A stretch of 64,000 bases of DNA from an uncultured Clostridia bacterium. Its GTDB lineage: Bacteria; Bacillota; Clostridia; Lachnospirales; CAMZNU01. Below, in pieces: positions 41,085-49,500 of the stretch (within the stretch, counting starts at the first letter, position 1; every line of letters begins with the position of its first letter). The stretch covers positions 4,321 through 68,320 of the forward strand of contig CAMZNU010000002.1 of NCBI GenBank assembly GCA_947313885.1, written 5' to 3'. A model generated the notes under the pieces. That model was not told where the DNA came from. It saw only the letters and a list, made by a program, of their open reading frames with translations, and did not search any database. A program made the translations under genes and the position numbers.

Positions 41085-42101
41085 ATGTCACATGAATTAT
41101 TAGCAAATATTTGGTTTCTTATTTTAGCATTAGTATGGTCATTATATGTAATTCAAGAAGCATTCGTAGTAGGTCTTAGTGTTATGTCGGCAAAATATAA
41201 GGAAGAAAAAGATGTTAGAAAAATAAATACGTTAGTAGGAACACATTGGGATGGTATAGAGGTATGGTTAGTTTTAGCAGTAGCAGGTCAATTTGCGGCT
41301 TTTCCAGTTATTTTTGCAGAAACATTAACTAACTTATACGTAGTATTCTTTCTACTGTTATATATTATAGTAGCGAGAGGGATGGCTATTGAAACATTAT
41401 ATAAAACAGACAATAAAAAAGTTCAAAAAGCATTAAAAGTTACATGGCAAGTGTCATCACCACTTTTAATATTAGTTATAGGCGTGTATCTTACAAATTT
41501 ATTTATGGGGCTTCAATTGTTAGAAAATTATATTGAAGGCGGATTTTTTCATTTCCTATATATATTTAATTTTACGGCAATATTAGGCGGTGTAATGTTT
41601 GTAACGTATAGCTTAACATCAGGATATAACTTTTTAGTTTTAAATTATAAAAATGATTTAAAGGAAAATATAGAACATATAGGTAAATATGCATCAGTAA
41701 TAACAGTTGTAACACTTATTTTTATATTAATGTCATTAAATAATGAATATTCAGTTTTTAATAGTGGAGTGTATGAGACGTATCAAATTTTGATATTACT
41801 ACCAGCACTATCGGCAATAATGATGATTGCATCAATGATTTTTGTGTGGTTAAATAAAAATTTATTTTCATTTATTACGCAGTCGTTAGGTATGACTTTA
41901 TTTATTTTTACAGGATTTGTTGGATCAATGCCATATGCGTTAAAAAGTATTAATAAAACTCAAGGAGCAGGAAGTATTTTAATGGTAGATGGTGCAGCCG
42001 GACCTAAAACCCTAGAATTAATGTTATATTTGACAATAGCATTTTTACCTATAGTTTTAGGATATATAATATTTAAGTATATTAAATTTTGGGGGAAATA
42101 A
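41085..42101 (+). CDS. cydB: cytochrome bd-type oxidase subunit II, divergent
   Basis: THWDGIEVWLVLAVAGQFAAFPVIFAE; directly follows cydA; usual DGFD(L/M)G is QEAFVVG. Confidence 0.88.
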   Translation: MSHELLANIWFLILALVWSLYVIQEAFVVGLSVMSAKYKEEKDVRKINTLVGTHWDGIEVWLVLAVAGQFAAFPVIFAETLTNLYVVFFLLLYIIVARGMAIETLYKTDNKKVQKALKVTWQVSSPLLILVIGVYLTNLFMGLQLLENYIEGGFFHFLYIFNFTAILGGVMFVTYSLTSGYNFLVLNYKNDLKENIEHIGKYASVITVVTLIFILMSLNNEYSVFNSGVYETYQILILLPALSAIMMIASMIFVWLNKNLFSFITQSLGMTLFIFTGFVGSMPYALKSINKTQGAGSILMVDGAAGPKTLELMLYLTIAFLPIVLGYIIFKYIKFWGK

Positions 42102-42102
42102 T

Positions 42103-43140
42103 ATGACGATAAACCAAAAAAAGCAAAGTTTAGATAAATTAAAGATAGATTTAGTCAGTTATCAAAAACTGGTATATAATACATTGGTTATATTAGTAGC
42201 TATAAAGTTAGCTTTGTATATAGATATAGGTATTTTATATGTGTTAAAACATTTAGCATTAACGGGTATCGCTGTTGTAGTGTCACGCGAAGTGGAAATT
42301 TTATATTATTTTCACTATTATGAAAAATCTAGGGAAGAATCATTAAAAATAATAGAAACAACAAGACCAGAAATAGTAGCTTTGTTAATCGTTTTAATTT
42401 TTAATTACAATGTACCACCAGAAGGTGTAATTATAGCAGTATCACTTAGTATATTATTAAGTAGAATAGCATTTGGTGGTTTTTCGTATAATATATTTAA
42501 TACAGCAGCATTAGGTGTTGTCATTTTAAATGAAAGCTATAGAATGTCTATAGAAACGTTTGCACTAGACGATATAATCGATAAAGTGTTAGGTATTTTT
42601 TTTGTTGAATCCTTTGCACATAAACCGATACCTGTAGCTAATTTGGCAATAAGCATACCGGACGTATCATCTGTAGATTTAACTTCAGTTGCTATATTAG
42701 TAATAGCGATAATATTTTTTATGTCTTTAGTTATCAACAAGGTAGGGCGAATATTGCTACCAATAGCAACAGTATTTTTTATTTCCGTATTAGTGGCATT
42801 AGTAGGTGGGCGATATATTCCGATTTTAATAGAAGTAATTGGTCGCTACACAATAATAGGAATTTTATTTTTCACCTTAGACTTTCCTACAACTCCAAGG
42901 TTTAAAAATTCTACTATTGTAACAGCGTTAATAATTGCAATAGTTACTGTTTATATTAAATTTTTTACAGACAATGGATACGGAGTATTTTATGGTATTT
43001 TAATAGCAAATATGTGTACACCAATTCTTGATGCTAAATTTGCCAAGTATAAGGATAACGCATCGTCAATATCAATAGTAGTAGTAATTTCGTTTATAAT
43101 AAGTGTGTTAATTAGCTATCTTATTAAAGTAAATGTGTAG
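42103..43140 (+). CDS. rnfD: RnfD/NqrB-family membrane subunit, divergent
   Basis: NVPPEGVIIAVSLSILLSRIAFGGFSYNIFNTAALG, TLDFPTTPRF, CTPILDAKF; followed by rnfG/E/A/B-like genes. Confidence 0.82.
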   Translation: MTINQKKQSLDKLKIDLVSYQKLVYNTLVILVAIKLALYIDIGILYVLKHLALTGIAVVVSREVEILYYFHYYEKSREESLKIIETTRPEIVALLIVLIFNYNVPPEGVIIAVSLSILLSRIAFGGFSYNIFNTAALGVVILNESYRMSIETFALDDIIDKVLGIFFVESFAHKPIPVANLAISIPDVSSVDLTSVAILVIAIIFFMSLVINKVGRILLPIATVFFISVLVALVGGRYIPILIEVIGRYTIIGILFFTLDFPTTPRFKNSTIVTALIIAIVTVYIKFFTDNGYGVFYGILIANMCTPILDAKFAKYKDNASSISIVVVISFIISVLISYLIKVNV

Positions 43141-43154
43141 TATGGAGGGTAAAT

Positions 43155-43706
43155 ATGAAAAATAAAATATTGCAATATTCAATAGTCCTTTTTGTTATTA
43201 CATTTATATCAGCTACGTCTATAACATTCATGAAAAATATAACAGAACCAATACTTACGTTACGTGCAAAGGAAAAGTTAGATTATGCTATAAATAATAA
43301 TTTGAAGATTTTATATCCATCAATGAGTGATGACTATGAAGTTTTAGATGATACGATAAGAAATAAGTCACTTATTACTAATATATTCAAAATTACATTT
43401 AAAAATAATGACAATACATACTATACATACAATGTTAGTAGTCCAGGGAAAAATGGAAATATAAATTTTTTAGTTGTTTATAATGAAATGAATAAAATAG
43501 ATAACATCATTTATATTTCACACAAGGAAACAAGAGGCAGAGGAGACAAAATAGAAAGTGAAGATTTTTTAAGCAAAATCGTAGGTCAACATATAGGGGG
43601 TTTTAATGCACCGAATATTACAGGAGCTACATACAGTTCATTAGGGGTTAAAAATGGAATAGAGGAAGCTAACAAACATTTACAGGAGGTGATATTAGGT
43701 GAATAA
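43155..43706 (+). CDS. rnfG: RnfG/NqrC-family FMN-binding subunit
   Basis: N-terminal TM; ETRGRGDKIES, flavinylation motif ITGATYSSLGVKNGIEEA. Confidence 0.9.
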   Translation: MKNKILQYSIVLFVITFISATSITFMKNITEPILTLRAKEKLDYAINNNLKILYPSMSDDYEVLDDTIRNKSLITNIFKITFKNNDNTYYTYNVSSPGKNGNINFLVVYNEMNKIDNIIYISHKETRGRGDKIESEDFLSKIVGQHIGGFNAPNITGATYSSLGVKNGIEEANKHLQEVILGE

Positions 43707-44322
43707 GTTATATACAAATTTAAAAGATTCTCTCATAAAAGATAACCCAATATTTGTCTCGTATTTAGCGTTATGCCCAACATTAGGAACGACATCTACA
43801 TTTAACAATGCGATAGGAATGGGCTTAAGTGTTTTATTTGTTCTTATTTTTTCAAATCTTTTAATATCATCAGTGAGGAATTTTGTACCCAGTGAAATAA
43901 GAATTCCTGTTTTTATTACAATAATAGCTTCACTAGTTACATTATTAGAAATGATCTTAGAGGCTGTAACGCCAACATTATACGAAACGTTAGGTATGTT
44001 TTTACCTCTTATAGTAGTAAATTGTATTATACTAGGTCGTGCCGAATCGTTTGCATCAAAAAATAATGTTAAAAAATCAATAATAGATGGACTTATTACA
44101 GGATTAGCATTTGCTATAACAATAAGTATTATAGGAGCATTTAGAGAATTTTTTGGAACAGGTTCAATAAGTATATTTTCATTAAGATTACAAATGTTCA
44201 CGCAAGAAATCATGCCATCATTTTTAACTAAAAACACAGGTGCATTTATATCGTTAGGGTTAATGGGCTGGGTATTTAATGAGATTAAAATAAACAATAT
44301 GAAGAAAGGAAAGGTGAATTAA
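43699..44322 (+). CDS. rnfE: RnfE/NqrD-family membrane subunit
   Basis: NPIFVSYLALCPTLGTT, VNCIILGRAESFA, GAFREFFGTG. Confidence 0.93.
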   Translation: MNKLYTNLKDSLIKDNPIFVSYLALCPTLGTTSTFNNAIGMGLSVLFVLIFSNLLISSVRNFVPSEIRIPVFITIIASLVTLLEMILEAVTPTLYETLGMFLPLIVVNCIILGRAESFASKNNVKKSIIDGLITGLAFAITISIIGAFREFFGTGSISIFSLRLQMFTQEIMPSFLTKNTGAFISLGLMGWVFNEIKINNMKKGKVN

Positions 44323-44895
44323 ATGACTATGAATGAAATAATTATTTTCGCAGTTTCAGCTTTCTTAGTTCAAAATATAGTGTTAACTCAATTTTTAGGA
44401 CTATGTTCATTTTTTGGAGTTTCAAATAAAAGAACATCAGCGGTAGGCATGGGACTAAGTGTTTTAGCTGTAATTACATTATCATCAATAGTAACATATA
44501 CTATTTATTATAAAATTTTAGTGCCGTACGACTTATTACATTTAAGAACGATAGTATTCATTTTAGTAGTTAGTGGATTTGTGCAAATTGTAGAAATGAT
44601 AATTAAAAAAATATCAAAACCGTTATATGATATTTTAGGTATTTATTTACCATTAATAACTACAAATTGTGCTGTGCTAGGAGTTGCATTGATAAATATA
44701 GATAGGCAATTTACATTTACGCAAATGATAATATTTTCAATATCAACAGCATTAGGTTACACAGTTGTAGTATACATGTTTTCATTTTTAAGAGATGAAA
44801 TAAATAAATCACCAGTACCTAGAGCATTAAGAAATAATCCAATAGCTTTACTAACAGCAGGAATTATGGCGTTAGCCATGAGTGGCTTAGTATAG
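44323..44895 (+). CDS. rnfA: RnfA/NqrE-family membrane subunit
   Basis: NIVLTQFLGLCSFFGVSNKRTSAVGMG, TTNCAVLGVAL, PRALRNNPIALLTAGIMALA. Confidence 0.95.
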   Translation: MTMNEIIIFAVSAFLVQNIVLTQFLGLCSFFGVSNKRTSAVGMGLSVLAVITLSSIVTYTIYYKILVPYDLLHLRTIVFILVVSGFVQIVEMIIKKISKPLYDILGIYLPLITTNCAVLGVALINIDRQFTFTQMIIFSISTALGYTVVVYMFSFLRDEINKSPVPRALRNNPIALLTAGIMALAMSGLV

Positions 44896-44904
44896 GAGGA
44901 ATAT

Positions 44905-45066
44905 ATGAGTTTTATTGTAGGCGTTCTTTTAATAGCAACATTGGCAACTTTTTTTATAGTAACGTATTATCTAAATAAAAAAATGGATACTAATAGCAAT
45001 TATAGATTAAATGAATGTAAGACTTGCACATATAAAAATGGTAGTTGTAAAAATAGAGGAGTTTAA
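44905..45066 (+). CDS. 53-aa single-TM Cys-containing protein (absent from supplied ORF track)
   Basis: Own SD (aggagg) and ATG; MSFIVGVLLIATLATFFIVTYYLNKKMDTNSNYRLNECKTCTYKNGSCKNRGV; 1 bp before the rnfB start. Confidence 0.75.
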   Translation: MSFIVGVLLIATLATFFIVTYYLNKKMDTNSNYRLNECKTCTYKNGSCKNRGV

Positions 45067-45067
45067 T

Positions 45068-45352
45068 ATGATAGTTGAAATATTAACAGCGGGAATAGTA
45101 GTTGGTATTATGGGATTACTAATAGGTGTTGTAATAGCTGTAAGTAGCAAAATTTTCAAGGTGGAAGTTGATGATAGGATAGATATTATTTATAAAATGT
45201 TACCATCATTTAATTGTGGATCTTGTGGAACGGCTGGATGCATGGCATTTGCAGAAACTTTAATCAAAGGAGAAAACACTATTGATAAATGTAGACCGTG
45301 TAAACCAGAAGCAGAAGAAAAAATAATAAAAAAATTGAACGAGCTGATATAA
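45068..45352 (+). CDS. rnfB: RnfB-like protein reduced to TM + N-terminal Fe-S domain (94 aa)
   Basis: MIVEILTAGIVVGIMGLLIGVVIAVSSKIFKVEVDDRIDIIYKMLPSFNCGSCGTAGCMAFAETLIKGENTIDKCRPCKPE; stops before any ferredoxin domain. Confidence 0.85.
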   Translation: MIVEILTAGIVVGIMGLLIGVVIAVSSKIFKVEVDDRIDIIYKMLPSFNCGSCGTAGCMAFAETLIKGENTIDKCRPCKPEAEEKIIKKLNELI

Positions 45353-45402
45353 ATTGTTAACTAAAAAAACACACTGCAAAGTGTGTTTTTTTAGTTAACA
45401 AT
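45353..45402 (+). terminator. strong terminator closing the Rnf-like operon
   Basis: 23-bp perfect stem ATTGTTAACTAAAAAAACACACT / AGTGTGTTTTTTTAGTTAACAAT with GCAA loop. Confidence 0.92.
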
Positions 45403-45434
45403 ATTATATAATATTATATGAAAAGAGGTGTATT

Positions 45435-46487
45435 ATGATTAAACGAATATATAAAAAAGAAATACAAATAGGAGATGTAAAAATAGGCGGGGACAATAAA
45501 ATATTAATTCAGTCTATGACAAATACGGATACAAAAAATGTTAGTGATACAGTAAAACAAATAAAAAAATTAGAAAATGAAGGATGTGAAATTATAAGAG
45601 TAGCTGTAAAAGATGAGGGTGATGCGAAAGCTATAAAAAAGATAAAAGAAAATATTAAAATACCAATAGTTGCCGATATACATTTCAATTACAAATTAGC
45701 AATATTAGCTATGGAGAATGGCATAGATAAAATAAGAATTAACCCAGGAAATATATCAAACATAGAAAATTTAAAAAAAATTGTGGATGTAGCTATAAAA
45801 TTAGATATACCAATAAGAGTAGGAGTAAATTCAGGTTCTTTAGAACAAGAATTTATAGATAAATATAATGGGGTAACACCTATGGGATTGGTGGATAGTG
45901 GGTTGAAAAATATAGCAATTTTAGAGAATATGGGGTTGAAAAATATAGTGTTATCATTAAAAGCTTCGAATGTTAGGTTTGCAATTGAAGCATATACATT
46001 AATAAATGAAAGGATACAATACCCGCTACATCTAGGGATTACCGAAGCTGGTACAAAATTTACGGGTTCAATAAAGTCAGCGGTAGGAATAGGTCACTTA
46101 CTTTATAATGGAATAGGTGATACATTTAGAGTTTCAATAACGGATGACCCAGTAGAAGAAATAGAAATAGCAAAAGAAATACTACAATCATTAGATATTA
46201 GAAAATTCAGAACAGAAGTTATTTCATGTCCTACTTGTGGAAGGACAGAAATAGATCTAATTGCTTTGACAAATAAAGTTGAAAAATATTGTAAAAGGAT
46301 AAATAAAAACATTACAGTGGCAGTTATGGGGTGCGTGGTGAATGGACCAGGAGAAGCTAAGGAAGCAGACGTAGGGCTAGCGGGTGGAAAAGGCGTAGGT
46401 TTAATATTTAAAAAAGGTGAAATACATAAAAAAGTTGAAGAAAATGAAATGTTCGACGAACTAATAAAAGTTATAAATTCAATGTAG
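45435..46487 (+). CDS. ispG: (E)-4-hydroxy-3-methylbut-2-enyl-diphosphate synthase
   Basis: IQSMTNTDTKNV, IVADIHFNYKLA, IRINPGNI, SCPTCGRTEIDL, GCVVNGPGEAKEADVG. Confidence 0.97.
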   Translation: MIKRIYKKEIQIGDVKIGGDNKILIQSMTNTDTKNVSDTVKQIKKLENEGCEIIRVAVKDEGDAKAIKKIKENIKIPIVADIHFNYKLAILAMENGIDKIRINPGNISNIENLKKIVDVAIKLDIPIRVGVNSGSLEQEFIDKYNGVTPMGLVDSGLKNIAILENMGLKNIVLSLKASNVRFAIEAYTLINERIQYPLHLGITEAGTKFTGSIKSAVGIGHLLYNGIGDTFRVSITDDPVEEIEIAKEILQSLDIRKFRTEVISCPTCGRTEIDLIALTNKVEKYCKRINKNITVAVMGCVVNGPGEAKEADVGLAGGKGVGLIFKKGEIHKKVEENEMFDELIKVINSM

Positions 46488-46502
46488 ACAGAAGGTGCGT
46501 AT

Positions 46503-49500
46503 ATGAGAAATAAAACTTTATTCGAGGTGTTTCCTAATGTTCAATTTAGTGAAAAATATAAAGAAATAAAAGTTTCTAAAGTTAATTTTGATGAAAAAAA
46601 TAAAGCGATAACAATTAAATGTAATAGTTCTATTAAAATGGAAGAAAAGGATAGACAACATTTAGAAAAAAAAATATTAGAAAAATTAGATTATTTAAAA
46701 GAAGTTAATGTAGAATCTACTTTTATAAGTAACGATAGCCCAGAAGAAGTAATAGACAAGTATTTTAGAAATGTGATAGATATGTTTAAAGATGCATCTA
46801 CTTTTACATATACGATACTTAAAAAAAGTAAATATTACATAAGAGGAAATAGCTTACTAATAGAAGTAAATGAAGACTTGTACTTTTATGTTATAGGAAA
46901 AGAAATAGACAAAAGTATAAATAGTATTTTAAAAAGAGAGTATAATTTAGATATAAATGTAAGTTTTGAAATAGTAAAAGAAGGAATGACTACAGAGAAT
47001 TATAAGAAAAACAAAGATGAAGAATTAAAAAGTATGATATCAAGTTTAGCTTTAAACGATAGAGATAAGCCTAAAAAAGAGGAGAATAATAAAGAAAGAA
47101 AGAAAAGCAAAAAAAATAGAAAGTATAAAACAAGAAGAAAAAATGGTGTAAATTATGTTGAAAAAATATCTGGTGAAATATGTGCGATATTAGATGGAAT
47201 AGTACAAGACGATGAAACTATTATAAAGGGAGAAATTTTCGAGCTAGAAGTTAAAGAGATAAAAAATGATAAACTTCTAATTTCTTTTGATATGTTTGAT
47301 GAAAGTAGTGCGGTTACAGTTAAATTTTTCATTACAAAAGAAATATATGAAGAAGAATTCAAAGAAAAACTGTATAATGGCGATGAAGTGATAGTTAAAG
47401 GGTATGTAAGATATGATAATTATGATAAAGAATTAAATATTATGGCAAATGAAATATGCCATGGGGAAAACAAAATAAAAGAAGAAAAAGACGAGGAAGA
47501 AATTAAGCGTGTAGAGTTACATTTACATACTAACATGAGTTCTATGGATGGTATAAATAGTATAAAAGATTATATAAAAAAAGCAAAAAAATATGGTCAT
47601 AAATCATTAGCAATAACAGATCATGGGGTAGTACAAGCATTTCCAGAAGCAATGAATGAAGTTCGTGATATAGATTTTAAGTTAATATATGGAGTGGAGG
47701 CTTATTTAATAAATGATATAGAACTTGTAGTAGGAAATGTAAGGAATCAAAATATAGAAGATGAGTTTGTAGTATTTGATGTAGAAACTACAGGGTTATA
47801 TAGTAATACAAATAAAATTATAGAGATAGGTGCAGTAAAAATTAAAAACATGGAAATTATAGAAACATTTTCAGTGTTAATAAACCCGAATGAAATGTTA
47901 AGTGATAAAATTATAAAGTTAACAGGAATTACAGATAACATGTTAGAAGATAAAGGTGATGTAGAAAGTGAGATAGATAAATTTATTGATTTTATAGGTA
48001 AAAGTATTTTAGTTGGGCATAACGTTAAATTTGACATTGGTTTTTTAAATAAAGCGGTAAAGGATGTAAAAGGAGAAGAGTTAGAAAATACGTTTATAGA
48101 TACGGTAACTTTATGTCAAGGTATTTTTAATGGCAATGATAAGTTTAAAAACTTCAAACTAGATACGATAGCTAGAAACTTAGGGATCAGTCTAGAAACT
48201 CACCATAGAGCATTAGAAGATGCGAAAGCTACGGGTAAAATTTTAATACACTGTTTAAAAGTATTAGAAAAAGATGGAATAACAAAGATAGAACATATAA
48301 ATGAATATATTGCAAAAAAAATAGATTATAAAAAAATCAGACCAAATCACTGTATTATATTGGTAAAAAACTTAAAAGGGCTTAAAAACTTGTATAAATT
48401 AATATCAGAATCCCACATAAATAATTATTATAGAAACCCGCGAATTCCTAAAAGTTTATTAGTGGAAAATAAGGAAGGATTAATAATAGGAAGTGCATGT
48501 GAGGCAGGTGAATTATATAAAAACATAATAGGCAACATGCCAAAATCATATATAAAAAAAATAAGTCAATTGTATAATTATTTTGAGATACAGCCATTAG
48601 AAAATAACAAATATTTAATTAAAAATGGTGCGGTAACAGATACAAGACTTATTGAAATCAACAGGGAGATAGTTAAGCTAGGAGATGTAGAAAATAAAAT
48701 AGTAGTGGGAACGGGAGACGTTCATTTTTTAAATAAGGTCGATAAAGTGTATAGAGAAATATTAATGAGTAGTAAGGGATTTAAAGATGCGGAAGATCAA
48801 CCACCTTTATACTATAAAAGTACAAAGGAGATGTTAAATAATTTTTCATATTTAGGTAAAAAGAAAGCATACGAGATTGTAGTTACAAATACGAATAAAA
48901 TAAGTGATTTAGTAGATAAGATAAACCCAATACCAGATGGAACGTTCCCGCCTAAAATTGAAGGAGCAGATAAAGAATTAGAAAAAATAGCATATGAAAA
49001 AGCAAGGAGTTTATATGGTGACGATCTACCGAAAGTGGTAGAACAAAGATTGAATAGAGAGTTAACATCTATAATAAGTAATGGGTTTGCTGTTATGTAT
49101 ATAATAGCGCAGAAGCTAGTAAAAGATTCAGAAAAAGCGGGTTACTTAGTAGGATCTAGAGGATCTGTAGGTTCATCATTTGCGGCAACGATGGGTGGGA
49201 TAACAGAAGTGAACCCATTACCACCACATTATTATTGTAAGAAATGTCAGTATAATGATTTTGATTCAGAACTTGTATTAAGTTTTGCAGGTGGAACAGG
49301 ATATGACATGCCAGATAAAAATTGTCCTAACTGTGCCACTAAGTTAACTAAAGAGGGTCACGACATACCTTTCGAAACATTTTTAGGTTTTGATGGAGAT
49401 AAGGAACCAGATATAGATTTAAATTTTTCAGGAGACTATCAAGGCAAAGCCCATGAGTATACAGAAAAATTGTTCGGGGAGGGATATGTATATAAAGCTG

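Noticed and set aside
42103-45352. Assignment of the cluster as a Na+-NQR rather than Rnf
   Set aside because: The terminal gene is RnfB-like (CGSCGTAGC Fe-S domain); there is no NqrA or NqrF. The Nqr-like small TM-Cys ORF is noted but not decisive.
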